The notes: a model not told the origin generated them from the sequence alone. DNA of 64,000 nucleotides from Octopus sinensis (GCF_006345805.1 NC_043006.1:78492001-78556000); one strand, 5' to 3'. Counted from the stretch's first letter, positions 1 to 43,742 are shown. Program-made: numbers and translations.

Positions 1-29194
<29,194 letters not shown>

Positions 29195-29858
29195 GGGTCA
29201 TCACAATTGCTTAAGGTAAAAATGAATTCCTCGCTCTTTCGGAAACATCAATCTTCTGTATTGACCGCTTTCCACCACTTTGATGTGTTTTTTTGTATTG
29301 AATACATATCGCTACCGTGGGCCACTGCATCGAACACTTTGAACATATAGCGTGAATGAACTTACTTCAAACTATATATCAACTATACACGAACTCTAAG
29401 ATGTCTGACTCCGTTGTGTATTATAAATGAATTTCTTGTGTTTGACGGCATGAGCTGTCTTTTTTTATATATAACTTTTTTTGATAAGGTTCATTTCAGG
29501 AACTGAAACATGTTATAATGTATATATAAAAATTAAAAATTGTATAATACAGCAGCATTTTCGAACTTCATTTTTTACAAATATATATATATATATATAT
29601 ACAACGGTGTTCTTTCAGTTTCCGTCTTCCAATCAGAAACTGGAAGAATCCCGTTGTATATGTATATGTCCCCCCCAACATCGCTTGACAGCCGATGCCT
29701 GTGTGTTTACGTCCCCGTAACCTAGCGGTTCGGTAAAAGAGACAGATAGAATAAGTACTAGGATTACAAAGAATAAGTCCTGGGGTCGATTTGCTCGACT
29801 AAAGGTGGTGCTCAAGCATGGCCGCAGTCAAATGACTAAAGCAAATAAAAGAATATAT

Positions 29859-29889
<31 letters not shown>

Positions 29890-30214
29890 GACAGACAGAC
29901 AGACATTAAAGTCTATTTGCCAACGTAAAGTGGCAGTCTTGATTAGGACGATGTTACTACCTTTTTTAGCCCCAAGGAAACATCTTTTCCAGCTAGCTAT
30001 CGCCGCACAACTACGTCCATATATACATAATCCCTCGGGTACATCTATTCCTCTGAGGTGTTGTTTTGCATTTATAATAAAAAATATATATATATATGTA
30101 TATATATATATATTTTAAAATTAATTAAAATGTATACGGTACTGTTTCTACTTCGCGGAATTTCACCTATCGCGGGGATTTTGGAATGTAACACTTGCGA
30201 TAGTCGATGGATTA

Positions 30215-30274
<60 letters not shown>

Positions 30275-30484
30275 TCCTTTATCTTTTACCCGTTTCAGTC
30301 ATTAGACTGCGGCCATGCTGGGGCACTTCATTGAATTTTTAGTCGAATGAATCGACCCCAGTACTTATTTCTTTAAAGCCTGGTACTTATTCTATCGGGC
30401 ACTTTTGGTGAACCGCTAAGTTACGGTGACGTAAACACACCAACACCGGTTATCAAGTGGTGACGGTGGGGACAAACACAGACA

Positions 30485-30519
<35 letters not shown>

Positions 30520-30682
30520 GTCGGGCTTCTTTAAGTTTCCGTCTACCAAATCCACTTACAAGGCTTTGGTCGACCCGTAGCTAAAGTCGAAAACATCTGC
30601 CCAAGGTGCCACGCAGTGGACTGAACCCGGAACCATGTGGTTGGGAAGCAACCTTTTTACCACAGAGCTACTCCTGCGCCTA
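30275..30682 (-). mobile_element. tRNA-SINE family B
   Basis: Matches 3444-3860. Confidence 0.8.
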
Positions 30683-31438
30683 TATATATATTCTTTTATA
30701 TTCTTTATTCTTTTATATATTTCTGCCCTAAGGCTATGACCATGCTGGGGCATCGCCAGTGAAAAATGAAATCTCGCGGGAGAAATATGCAAATATTAAA
30801 AATCTGTGTGTATACATGTATGTATATATGTTTCTGTGTGTAAGTGTATGTTTCTTCATGTCTGAAAGTAAAATAATACGAAACAACGTAATTCCAGCTG
30901 TTCTTCTCCAATTTTTTTTGCTTCAATGGTCTTGAACAAAATAAAGTCTAGTCGAATAAAATATAATAATGTGAACCTGCTTTCTACAAAAATACATAAG
31001 TCGACAGCTAAATATTAACAACAATATAAATAAGAAATGGAAATTAATAAAAAAAAAATGCTCCTCCCATCTGCGACGCGTCAACAGAACTCTTTGAATT
31101 GCAACAGCGTAAAAAAGTGATTAAAAATCTGTCGATTTTTTTTTTTTATATTTAGGCGCAGCAGCCATTTTGACGAGACACAATCAAATGACATTCTAAT
31201 TTCGATTCATTTTCTTTCAAAAATATGTGCTTTAATAGCACTTTTTGTCTGTCTAAGTACAAATTTGTGGCCTTCAATTTGGTATATGCATATGAAGCAA
31301 TTAGTTTCGTACTTACTAACCTCCTTCACTAGACAGGCAACTGAGAACTCAATGTTAATGTTGAAATATACTAATCAGTGTGCAAGGATATAAATCAGTG
31401 CATGAAGGCTATGAGTATAATAGATATATGCATACATT

Positions 31439-32940
31439 AGGCGTCGAGCTGGCAGAAACGTTAGCACGTCGGGCGAAATGCTTAGCGGTATTTCGTCTGC
31501 CGTTACGTTCTGAGTTCAAATTCCGCCGGAGTCGACTTAGCCTTTCATCCTTTCGGGGTCGATAAATTAAGTACCAGTTACGCACTGAGGCCGATACAAT
31601 CAACTTATTCCGTTTGTCTGTCCTTGTTTGTCCTCTCTGTGTTTAGCCCCTTGTGGGTAGTAAAGAAATAGGTATTTCGTCTGCCGTTACGTTGTGAGTT
31701 CAAATTCCGCCGAGGCCGACTTAGCCTTTCACCCTTTCGGGGTCGATAAATTAAGTACCAGTTACGCACTGGGGTCGATGTAATCGACTTAATACCTATG
31801 TCTGTCCTTGTTTGTCCCCTCTGTGTTTAGCCCCTTGTGGGTAATAAAGAAATAGGTATTTCGTCTGCCGTTACGTTCTGAGTTCAAATTCCGCCGGAGT
31901 CGACTTAGCCTTTCATCCTTTCGGGGTCGATAAATTAAGTACCAGTTACGCACTGGGGTCGATGTAATCGACTTAATACCTATGTCTGTCCTTGTTTGTC
32001 CCCTCTGTGTTTAGCCCCTTGTGGGTAGTAAAGAAATAGGTATTTCGTCCGTCTTTACGTTCTGAGTTCAAATTCCGCCGAGGTCGACTTTCCCTTTCAT
32101 CCTTTCGAGGTCGATTAAATTAAGTACCAGTTACACACTGGGGTCGATATAATCAACTTATTCCGTTTGTCTGTCCTTGTTTGTCCTCTCTGTGTTTAGC
32201 CCCTTGTGGGTAGTAAAGAAATAGGTATTTCGTCCGTCTTTACGTTCTGAGTTCAAATTCCGCCGAGGTCGACTTTCCCTTTCATCCTTTCGAGGTCGAT
32301 TAAATTAAGTACCAGTTACACACTGGGGTCGATATAATCGACTTAATCCGCTTGTCTGTCCTTGTTTTTCCCCTCTGTGTTTAGCCCCTTGTGGGTAGTA
32401 AAGAAATAGGTATTTCGCCCGTCGCTACATTCAAAGTTCAGATTTCGCCGAGGTTGACTTTACCTTTCATCCTTTTGGAGTCGATGTACCAGGGAAACAC
32501 TGGGGTAGATGTAATCGACTAGCCCCATCCACCAAAATTTCAGTCCTTGTGCCTTTAGTAGAAAGGATTATAATTATTATTATTGTTGCTGTTGTCATCG
32601 AGCTAGAAGAATTGTTGGCACGCCGGGCGAAATGCGTAACCGTATTTCATCAGCCGTTACGTTCTGAGTCCAAATTCCGCCGAGGTCGACTGTGCCTTTC
32701 ATCCTTTCGGGGTCGATTAAATAAGTACCAGTTACGCACTGGGGTCGATGTAATCGACTTAAATCCGTTTGTCTGTCCTTGTTTGTCCCCTCTATGTTTA
32801 ACCCCTTGTGGGTAGTAAAGAAATAGGTATTTCGTCTGCCGCTACGTTCTGAGTTCAAATTCCGCCGAGGTTGACTTTGCTTTTCATCCTTCTGGGATCG
32901 ATAAAATAAGTACTAGTTGAACACTGGGAAAGATCTAATC
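31439..32940 (+). repeat. Head-to-tail tandem array of SINE family C units (184-185 bp period)
   Basis: GGTATTTCG recurs at 31487, 31671, 31855, 32039, 32224 and 32409; a second mini-array starts at ~32600. Confidence 0.92.
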
Positions 32941-33458
32941 AACGTAACGACTGCTCCCACGAAATTACTGCACTCCAGCCAAAATTTGAAATCATGATTA
33001 TATTTCTTGTTGTTGTAATCGTTATTATACAACTACGAGTCAAATGATTTTGGTTAATTAATCTATAGTATTCAAAACAGATATTTGCAGTGCGAGCGGG
33101 GGGGGGGTTGCATTTGTATACGTAACTCATTAGTTAGATTAATTTACGTGTGAACAAAATACTACAAACAAGAAGATTAATCAATGATGAACCGTTTCCA
33201 TTGGTTTCAACAATGATTTAGTAATAACATGTGATATGGTTCAGTGAGAGAAATTTCTTGTTGGTGAATCATGGGAAATCACTCTAGTCATAATAATTTA
33301 CACAATTCTTATTCCCTGGGGGAAAAAGAACTACTGCAGATTCCCACACTCCCACGTTATTAGGCAGTTGATCTATTATATGCTGAAAGCACATATATTG
33401 TGAAAAATAAATACATTTTTTGTGTGCACAAGTATTGCACGTATATGTGTTTGTGTAG

Positions 33459-33514
<56 letters not shown>

Positions 33515-33519
<5 letters not shown>

Positions 33520-33640
33520 CCTGCTCGCTTAGCCAGCGGGGTGATGTCATTTGAAGGCTAAAACAATGCGACGCGCATTGTGACCAGCGATGTGTAGCAA
33601 CATCTGATAGCCTGGTCGGTCACGGTGATCTCGGTGATAT
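33515..33640. repeat. ~120-bp interspersed repeat embedded in (TA)n
   Basis: ATTGGCCTGCTCGC..AGCCAGCGGGGTG...GGTCGGTCACGGTGAT is also present at 59477-59592. Confidence 0.7.
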
Positions 33641-33647
33641 ATTATAT

Positions 33648-33694
<47 letters not shown>

Positions 33695-34153
33695 CGATAG
33701 TATTTCTTAAGTCCTCGTAAAGAAAAGTAGGTGAGTAAACATACAAATGTATGCATACAAATATATATACACACACACACACACGTTATTTTTATATATA
33801 CAAATACGTGTGTGTGTGTGTGTGCAAATAGATAAACACATGTATGTTTGTGCTTATGCAATAAGCCATGTATCAATTGCTGAAAAGGCGAATTAAATAA
33901 TGAAATAATTAGTATAGACTTATCGAAAGTTTTTCACGTATATGTTACTATTATTGCTGTTATTATTGGGTTGATGGTGAAAGATTACGAGCCAGTGGAA
34001 TTATCAGAGCTTCGAAGAATAATTCTTCGTAAATGTTGTTGCTTTTCACTTGCTGAGTCAAAAACCCTACCAGATTTGAACTTCTAACGTCGGCTTCGCC
34101 ATTCTATATAGATTGAGTAATGAAATGAATCTGCGACAAACTGCTGGGAGATA

Positions 34154-34534
34154 TCTTTATATATAAAAGCTAAGTTGTGTGTCTGTCTCCTACGATTCAG
34201 ATTCTTAACTACTCCCACATTTTGCGGTGCAGTGTAACCAAAACCGGGTATCTTATAGTCGTGATTCATATCGAGCCCTTCTGGGTATTAGCGCGCGTCT
34301 ATTAAAAAATAATTTACCATAATTTTTTCCATTCTAATGCATTTTTTCGCTATTATATAAGGGAAGTAACTCTCTAAAAATGTCTACGATGAGTCAACGA
34401 TTTAAAAAAAATTTACCATAATTTTTTTTCATTTTTAATGCATTTTTTTTGCTATTCTTTGGCTATAACTCTCTAAAAATGCTTATATAGTTATTTCCCT
34501 TACAAACCCTAGCAACGCCAGGCGATACTTCTAG
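34154..34534 (+). mobile_element. Non-autonomous Helitron
   Basis: 5' A|TCTTTATATATAAAAG start, subterminal GC-rich hairpin-like CCCTAGCAACGCCAGG, 3' CTAG|T end, no TSD. Confidence 0.72.
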
Positions 34535-34618
34535 TAATTAAGAAAAGAAAATCTTGAAAGCACTACCCCTAGCGACTGCAGAATACTGTAAAAAAATGTT
34601 ATATATATATATATATAT

Positions 34619-34838
34619 ATCAGGTGGTGCTGAAACGTTCCTGGCTTCAAGGGTGTCGCGAAAAACCTGGTTGGAAATCCAAACTTCCGAGTTCTTTTAC
34701 AGAGGTTGAACAACCTGAAGAACCGCTACAATAAATGTGTGAATCTGAGAGGGGAATATGTTGAATAAAATCATAAATAACTGATTCTCTTATATTTTGT
34801 TTTACCCAAAACCAAGGACTTTTCAGCTACTCCTCGTA
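34619..34838 (+). mobile_element. Mariner-derived MITE
   Basis: TIR-like GGTGCTGAAACGTTCCTGG / CCAAGGACTTTTCAGC..CCTCGTA; retains KCVNLRGEYVE* transposase tail; relative at 57867-58089. Confidence 0.7.
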
Positions 34839-35189
34839 CACATATACATAGGAAATACTAAACAACGGCAGTCACTCACAAGCGTGTATGACTTGGTAAC
34901 CTATACTATGCTTTCGCTAATTGTTTTAGTAGCCTGTATAGCCACGAAAAGACATAGAAACCCTCTTGGCCTCTCACTATTGACCCAATGGAACATACGG
35001 CTGGTTCTCATTTCACCTGTATACACTAAAGCAATGAGAAATGAAATGCCCTCCTCAGTGATACAACCCGGTACCCGGCCCACTCTACGAGGCCCTTCCT
35101 TAAGTCATTGATGCAGATTTTTGACTTTAAATAAAAATTATATACAAATGTGTGTATGTGTGTATATATGTCTGTTTGTGAAACTGCAG

Positions 35190-35570
35190 TGGAGGCGCAA
35201 TGGCCCAGTGGTTAGGGCAGCGGACTCGCGGTCGTAGGATCGCGGTTTCGATTCCCAGACCGGGCGTTGTGAGTATTTATTGAGCGAAAACACCTAAAGC
35301 TCCACGAGGCTCCGGCAGGGGCTGATGGCGATCCCTGCTGTACTCTTTCACCACAACTTTCTCTCACTCTTACTTCCTGTTTCTGTTGTACCTGTATTTC
35401 AAAGGGCCAGCCTTGTCACTCTCTGTGTCACGCTGAATATCCCCGAGAACTACGATAAGGGTACACGTGTCTGTGGAGTGCTCAGCCACTTACACGTTAA
35501 TTTCACGAGCAGGCTGTTCCGTTGATCGGATCAACCGGCACCCTCGTCGTCGTAACCGACGGAGTGCTTC
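35190..35570 (+). mobile_element. Young tRNA-SINE family A with 13-bp TSD
   Basis: A-box TGGCCCAGTGG, B-box GGTTTCGATTCC; TSD TTGTGAAACTGCA at 35176-35188 and 35578-35590. Confidence 0.9.
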
Positions 35571-36339
35571 CTCCTCCTTGTGAAACTGCACTTGTGTGGC
35601 TTCCTACCAGGCACTCCTGATCTTTTCTTCTCATTACCTTCCTTATACTAGCTTCTCATAACTATCACGTTTACTACAACCTTGTCTTTTTTTTGTATTC
35701 CACCTTTACGCACCCTCTTGGCAACTTCACCCTTTCTTTTCAAATTTACCTTCTATTCTCACGAACATTTATATCTATAGCTGTTCTTCTTCCTCAACCT
35801 CCGCCTCTTCCTCCAATCCTGCCTCCTTCTACTCCTTCTCCTCCTCCTCACAAATAAACGCCCACCTGAAAGGCACAGCTGACTCTGGCAGTGTTTCAAC
35901 TCGGAACTTAAAGAACTCAGAAGAAATGCTGCTAAGCATTTTGTCCGGAGCACTAAATGATCATGGTTTCTGGTCAATGCACAAATCCAAAAATGTTGAG
36001 AGAAAGCGGCTAGCTGATATCATTGACCACTGTACTTGACTGGTTCTGTATTTCGTCAACGCCGAAAGGACGGAGGGCAATTGGCTTCGGCAGTATTTCA
36101 AGTCAGAACGGAAATGTTGATTGAGGTACAAAGCCAACAATTTTGAAATGACGGTGCCTGTTGATCTCCTTAACCCCAGAACTTGACTGGTACTTTATTT
36201 TACCGATCCCGAAAGGATTAAAGGAAAAGTTGAGGGTAGAACGAAGAGAACCGGAACAAATCCCGCATGGCATTATACCCGAGGCTCTAACTCTTCCGTT
36301 AATACACCGCCCATTCGATAAGAATGTTTACTTGTAATA

Positions 36340-36670
36340 CGGGTGGCTTTGACCTTGCTGATCGCCCTCCACATTCTCTTGATTGGGCCCTCTCTGATTA
36401 TCATCTGTTCTCCAACATGGAAAAATACTTGGCTGAGAACCAGTATCGCGCTGATGAGGATGCTATATCTGTCATTGATGACTCTTTTGATCAAAGGTCG
36501 AAAGTTTCTTCACCAATGGTATCCAAGCACTGCAAAACTGATATAAGAAGTGTGTGGACTGCCAAGGGATAAATGTTGAAAAATAAATCTGAAATATAAA
36601 CCTTATTTGATCACATTCCATGACAGTACCTTGGACAGCCTATGAACTTTTTTTTAGTCGACACTTGTAT
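36340..36670 (+). pseudogene. Mariner transposase C-terminal remnant
   Basis: GFDLADRPPHSLDWALSDYHLFSNMEKYL resembles the mariner HPPYSPDLAPSDYHLF motif, followed by a degraded TIR. Confidence 0.78.
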
Positions 36671-36949
36671 ATCGTATTTTTTCCCTAATAAAACGAATTT
36701 CCTTTCCAAAAGCAAAATGTTTCAAAAATCCACCCCCCCTCCCGGTTTCTATATGTGAACTTAGGCGTCCTATAAGCTTTAATATAACTAAAAAGGAAAG
36801 ATTCTGAATATGTAATGCCGAAAATGAGGTGCGTCTAATGTGCCTGCCATCCTTTATTCCATGAAATACCGTAGGGATAAGGCTGCTGATTAAAAGAATT
36901 TAGTATTGTTCATATTCTCGATTCTATTAAGTAGTGCCATATTTTATCG

Positions 36950-37400
36950 GCAAATTTTGTGCTCAATACTGCCGATTTGCCTGTCAGTTGCTTGACCATA
37001 ACCGGTTGAGCATGTTCCTTAGTAGCTGACGATATGCGCATCTATGTCCATGAACAAAAGTAGTGACGGAGCATCAAAGCTATGTGCTGAGAGGGATTCT
37101 TCGGGGTTTGAATAATTCATCCCTCGAAACATGGGTGTTTCCTTCAGCACCTTTAAACAACTCTCATTCAGAAACCTTTTGTGCAGGATGGGTTACTCTA
37201 CCTGAAGAATATCTAATTGGGCTCCGTCTGTAAGGTGATCCACTGTTTATCTTTATACGAGGTCACCATGCAGCACGTGTATGGTTGTGGTGCATGTGCC
37301 TAGTGTACCCTTATCAGACGGGTATTCATGATGGGTATATTGGCTTTTGTACATTTGTACCCCAACGTAACTTTGATGGTGTGTGCTGCTCTTTCAGTTA
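36950..37400 (-). mobile_element. Family E repeat, diverged
   Basis: Homologous to 14651-15205 in the same orientation. Confidence 0.65.
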
Positions 37401-37577
37401 ATAATAATAATAATTTTTTCTACTATAGGCAGTAGGCCTGAAATTTGGGAAGCAGGGATGGTCAATTATGTCAATCCCAGTGCTCGACTGGTACTTATTT
37501 TATCGACGCCGAAAGGATGAAAAAGCACAGTTGCAAAGTCTAGAATTTAAAGGGAAAGGACTGATCGATTATACGAC

Positions 37578-37788
37578 TAGGTTGTTGCATAATTATTGCG
37601 GGTTTTTTCAATCAATTTTATTTTTTAAAAATTAACAAAACCCCAATCTAAACAAAACGCCAAGCAGAAATTAAAGTAGATGGTGAACATGCTTCGGAAT
37701 AATCCTTTAAAGATGTTTTTGTTAAATGTTATTATTGTTTTTGTTGAATAAAATTGAGAAAAATCCGCAATAATTATGCACCAACCTA
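37578..37788. mobile_element. Mariner MITE with Hsmar1/MADE1-like TIRs
   Basis: TAGGTTGTTGCATAATTATTGCGG ... CCGCAATAATTATGCACCAACCTA. Confidence 0.82.
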
Positions 37789-38107
37789 ATATTAATGCAG
37801 AAGATAGTATACAGGTTCAGGTGTCGTAATTGATTTTGTATTAAATATGCATATCACTATGACCTACCCTTGGAACATGTAGTTCGCGTTGTGTGTGTCA
37901 CTGTTCTAGATTAATACGTATTAAATTCATCGGTGAACATGAACAATAAAACTGCATGTCATCACAAAAGAAACTTTACAGGTTATGGGTGTATACAAAA
38001 AGGTATGTATGCAAGTGTACATATATATGTATGTGTATATAATGTGTATGTACGTATGTATGTATATATGTATGTATGCATGTATGTATGTATGTATGTA
38101 TGTATGT

Positions 38108-38214
<107 letters not shown>

Positions 38215-39940
38215 TACACACACATACGCGGTTCTAGCTTTTCTGGGCTCTGTATTTTGTGCATTATGACGTTTATAGTTCCCATGTCAAGTAGTGGCAA
38301 ATTTTATTTCACATTAAGTCACATGAGAATTTTTAGAATATATACTTTGTTGAGAACTGTGCGTAAAAACGTTTTGTTAGATCTTATTTTCCATTAGTTT
38401 AACACCCACCTAAATTTCAAGAATTTCATCTCCGAATTTTGAAATTATATGCATAAGATAGGGTTTTCTAACAGTGACTTAGGGCCAGAGCTTTTGAGGG
38501 TAAGGTAAAAACAAAATCCAATAAATCAATAAAAACGATGTCAATTCAGACATAATTTGGACTCAGGACATAAAGTGACGTAACTAAAGACTGATTTTTA
38601 CTATAGACACAAGTTCTCACGTCTGGGCAAAGAAATAGGGTCAATAAAATCATCAACCCCAATACAAGTAAACTAAATTTAATTATTACAGTTTTCCTGC
38701 TACGCAACGACCTCAATTATTAACCTAACATTGGCGCAAGGGCATTTTATTTGTAGAGAAAGAACAGTCGATATTGATTCTAGCTCATTAGAGTCGATAT
38801 CATCGCCATGTTGTATCAATCCACAAAAGGGTGAACAGTGAAGTTGACCTCGGATCTAAGAGCGTAAAAAACAAATATGATTTAAAATGTGGCCACAAGG
38901 ACAGCAAGTTCAGGGGTAGGATTAAGTTGATTACATCGATCCCAGCGCTAAGATGATATTTATTTTATCGACCTTCAAAAAGATGAAAGACAAAATCGAC
39001 CTCAGAGGAATTTGAACACAGAACATAAAGACTGAGGAAATGTTATTTATAATTTGGTCAAGAGAACTGACATACTCTTGTATGAAGTCTTGTATTTCTA
39101 GCTCTGATGCTTTTTGTTATCACGATCGGTCACTGGAGTGGTGCGCGACTGCTATGATTTTGTTGTCATCAACTCGTTGCAAATAGCTGACAGACGTATA
39201 ACCGTTTAATATGTCTTATCTTTCCAAGAAAATGTCTCATTTAGATGTGCTTCTTAAAGGTAATACAGTTGAGATACATATCAGATGTGGGTTGTGTTTG
39301 CCGGAGAAGGAGATGAAATGAGGTATTACCTTCCCACATAAGCCATCTCTTGTAAGTTTAGCAAACAAATTGTAATATTTTGGTTTGTTTTCAATATTTT
39401 TATTATTATTAAGAATTATTGTGCCCTTAAGACAATTTTCTTCTTATTCCATTTTGTCTTTCTGTGGAAATATGCAAAATGGAAAAAGTAAAATGGAATA
39501 AGCAGAACAAGAGGAAACACTTAGGCTAGAGGGTCACTCATGAGGTCGCAAGATGTGTGACGAAAGAGCTTTGACAAAGAAAATAAAATAATGATAATAA
39601 AGCTGGAGTAAAAACCAAACATATAGTGCGTGCGTTTCATTAGCAAAATATGACACACCCCGAGTTTAACAATATCTGTTTCAACACATGATTTCACATC
39701 AAGAATCTTGTAAAACAAATACATAAACGTATTATTCTACAATTCTATAGAAAATTTGACATCTGTTTGTATTCATCAAGCAGGTGTTACAATAATTTTA
39801 TTGTTTTGCTTTGTGTCTAGGTAGGATAGGCCTTACTAGCTCTTCTTTCAGCAGACCCTCAAGGGTTACAAAATCTTTCGTGTGCGCATTACAGACACGC
39901 ACGCACTCAAGCATAAAATATACTGCGTGTGTGCGTGTGT

Positions 39941-39982
<42 letters not shown>

Positions 39983-39996
39983 TGTGTGTGTGTGTG

Positions 39997-40031
<35 letters not shown>

Positions 40032-40200
40032 CTGTGTGTGTGTGTGTGTGTGGTGTGTGTGTGTGTGCACTTGCCTTTTCTTTATCCGTTGCTTCATTCC
40101 CGCTTTCTTATATTCGCTTCTTTAAGCACGTTATCAACGAGGGAAATTTAAAATAGTGTATGTGATATATGTGTGTGAAAGTATCTGTATATGAGCGCGT

Positions 40201-40291
<91 letters not shown>

Positions 40292-40879
40292 ACATTCATT
40301 TCATTTTTATCTGGCTGGTTTTACAAAGTTCCTTTCTCCCCACATTTTACATTCATCTGACTAAGCACGACATGTTACGAACGAAAGAATCTTCAAGGTT
40401 TTTCTGCAGATTGAAAGAAATAGTTAAATTTCCTTCAGAGCACACTATACAGCTTTTTTTTAATGTTAAAAGACACTGGATTTGTCAAAAGGGCGGCATA
40501 GTTACAAATCGAAAATCCTTTTGATCTACTTAACAACATCTAAGTAACGACTAAACAATAACAATAAGAATGTCTTTGGTCTTTGATGTCAATACTGCTG
40601 CTGAGTTAACATATGAAAGCAACAATGCTTATTCCAATTTTACTTGAAAATCGATGAATAATGGTAACTAATTAATTGATCCCTTTGATCGAGATAATTC
40701 GAACAATCATCTATTTCTCGTCTTGTGCCATTACGTTGCATTCCACAGCGCTTTTCTCACCCGTTGTAAAGATTTGTTCGATAGCTATGGTACATTTAAA
40801 AGAACATCCAATGAGAATTTTACTATAGAAACACATTGTCAATACATCTGTAGAAAACATGCAAAAGACTATCTTCTTA

Positions 40880-41260
40880 CATCGATGACATGAGCAGGGA
40901 CAGAATTCCAGAGGGCAGGCATTATGAAAAAAAGGAACTGAGTGTAGTGGTTAGTGTGTGACCAAGAGAGGGGCGAATGGGTTAGACACAACAAGGACAG
41001 TGAAAAGAGGAGAAATTAGGATAGGAATTCTTCGACGGGGGTGACATGAGCCCAGCAAGCTTTGAAAAGAGGACATTACAGTAGCAGTGTAAAGACAGGG
41101 AGAGAAGACATCGTGCATGTAGACCAAAGGGGTTTGTGAATGGCTTTATACAATCAATCAAGATCAAATAGCCCTTTTCTGGATTGGTCTAGGATGTTTT
41201 CTATACAGCAGTTGGGTGAGTTCAGTTGTGAAAGAACTATTCCATTGTCGGTCATATCTG
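40880..41260 (-). pseudogene. CR1/Jockey-group LINE ORF2 C-terminal remnant
   Basis: LSLHCYCNVLFSKLAGLMSPP...HTNHYTQFLF..PALWNSVPAHV resembles LFYRYY.G.CS.EL..PP...RT..Y..SF.PR...LWNSLP. Confidence 0.68.
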
Positions 41261-41659
41261 AGCTTAGTGCAGTATTCATGTAACCTAGTAGTACATTCGG
41301 TTTCATGGTCAAGTATGCATCCACTCAATCGGTAGCTTCACCTTGCTTGGTAAGGAAAGTGAGTTACATAACATTCAGTAGATTGAAAAACAAAATCTGT
41401 TGAAGCTCAGATTTGCACAGAAGAGCCAATGGCCTACAAACAGCATGTGTCTATGTGTGTGTATGTGTGTGTGAATGTGGTTTTGTGTATGTATGTGTGT
41501 GTGTGGTTATGCGCGTATGTAAACATGCTAGGTCTGATCAATAAGCGGCTTGGCACATATTTACCGTCCACTTTGCTGTGCGTGTACACTACGTTTAAAC
41601 ATTCTAACTCACTTTTGCTGTTTACAGCAGTGCTTGAAAGGAAGGTGTGTAGCGTGTGA

Positions 41660-42085
41660 TCGTCGCATTGTCCATAATATAGTAAGTCGTGATGGCGATA
41701 CCTGCTCAGAGGCCCATGCAAAGTTGCAGAAAGTGCATGGAGTGGAGTGTAGTGTATGCGCCGCACACAAAAATAGGATTGGTTCAGATGTCTCCCAGAT
41801 GGCCGAAAGAAATGTCGATATTGACGTAAGTTCTAGGAGACCTGCAACGGGTAGAACTGAGAAAAACATCGCAGATGTGTGTGCAGCTATGAGAGGAAAT
41901 CGTCGGATCCCCATCCGTGAACTATCAGAGGATGTGCAGATTAGCTACGGTTCATTTCACTCCCTTATCACTGAAGATTCGGGTGTGAGATATGTGTCTG
42001 CCAAGTTTTCAGCTGACCAAAGGGACACTCGGGTTTCAGTTGCACAAGACTTCCTTGATTGAGTTAAGAACGATGAAAATTTTTT
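41660..42085 (+). pseudogene. Mariner transposase N-terminal (HTH) remnant
   Basis: GDTCSEAHAKLQKVHG...RPATGRTEKNIADV...NRRIPIRELSEDVQISYGS..LITEDSGVRYVSAKF is a mariner DNA-binding region with frameshift and stop. Confidence 0.85.
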
Positions 42086-42419
42086 GAAAACTAAGCATAG
42101 GCTTCTGTGCAGACATCACCACACACACACACACACACACACACATACATACATACATACACATACATACATATATACATATACATACATATATATATTA
42201 TATGTATATATATATATGTATATATGTATATATATACATATATATATATTATATATAATAATATATATATATATATATATATATGAATAAATGAAAGAAT
42301 GGAGTTTCTACCCTTGAAAGGTCGCTTCAAGCGTGTTTCTGACGTGAATTTGCTACCCAGGTTTCGGTTCAATGAATTTTCCATGCTGACGATAACATAG
42401 GATAATTCATTCACCTACT

Positions 42420-42452
<33 letters not shown>

Positions 42453-42759
42453 TATCATAAATATATTAATATATATATATGTGGATATATCGCCATGTAT
42501 CTGCATGTTTACAAGTGCTTTGCAATGCGTATTGAAGTGAAATACTTTGAAATGAAAACTGCACTTCTGATAGTAGTTGACCAGTTTTGTCTTCTGAGCT
42601 AATTTAACCTGGTTTCAAGTATTTCAAGTGGCATACTTGTTCCACAAACATTTGTCACTATATATGCATATATACATATCCATATATACATATGTGCCTA
42701 TAAATGGGTTCATATATATATATATCTCATATGTTAATTATATATATATAATGTATATC

Positions 42760-42811
<52 letters not shown>

Positions 42812-42822
42812 TATAAAGATAT

Positions 42823-42866
<44 letters not shown>

Positions 42867-42957
42867 AAGATACATATATAAGATATATATATGTATATAT
42901 ATAAAGATAGATATATATTATACATATATATACATGTATGTATATATATATATATAT

Positions 42958-43005
<48 letters not shown>

Positions 43006-43742
43006 CAATATATCATATATTCTATGTCTATATATATATGTATATGTATTATGCATGTATGCATGTATGTACGTACGTATGTATGTACGTACGTACGTAT
43101 GTATGTACGTACGTATGTATGTACGTACGTATGTATAAGCGATTACAAATATATGTATAAATACATAAACACATATGCACATACACATCTGCAAACATCA
43201 AGACACATATAATAGTTATTTTTAAATGTGAAAGATTATAAAAAATATTTCACACACTAAGGTGACATGGAGAGGTGTATCAATAAAATGTTCACAAACA
43301 ACTCTATATTTTCCGGTGTATGACTATTAATTCAGGTAAATCAATGAAGGGACAATATCTGGGTACTTTGAGGAAATAGAATAATAAAGTTGGTGATTCA
43401 GCAAACTGAGGCACCTTCACTGAGAAACAAAAGACATTCCTTCACAGTTACATTCATGCATACAGTCACAAACCCACACAAACCCCCTCCCACACACACA
43501 AATGCACTAACGCACGCATGCACACACAAACTCACACTCACACATACATCTGTGTGTATAAATGCATATGTATGCATATATATGTATGTATATATATATA
43601 TATATATATATTATATATGTATGTATTATATATATATATGTGTTATGCATAGTATGTTATGTGGTATATATATAGTATATATATATATATATTAATACAT
43701 ATACAAACTCATGCATATACACATATATATATAATACATACA

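Noticed and set aside
31487-32580. Regularly spaced repeats suggesting a CRISPR array
   Set aside because: The whole 184-bp unit repeats with no unique spacers, it matches a dispersed SINE, there are no cas genes and the context is eukaryotic.
35190-35265. tRNA-like sequences with A and B boxes (also at ~275-350, ~1727-1800 and elsewhere)
   Set aside because: They continue into SINE bodies, in several cases with TSDs, and do not end as cloverleaf tRNA genes.
39075-39200. Possible non-coding first exon of the plakin gene (minus-strand donor AGA|GTATGT)
   Set aside because: Only a donor-like site in unique sequence; cannot be supported without transcript data.
41550-42062. 170-aa ORF as an intact gene
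   Set aside because: It is a frameshifted mariner N-terminal fragment with no catalytic DD34D domain; listed as a pseudogene instead.
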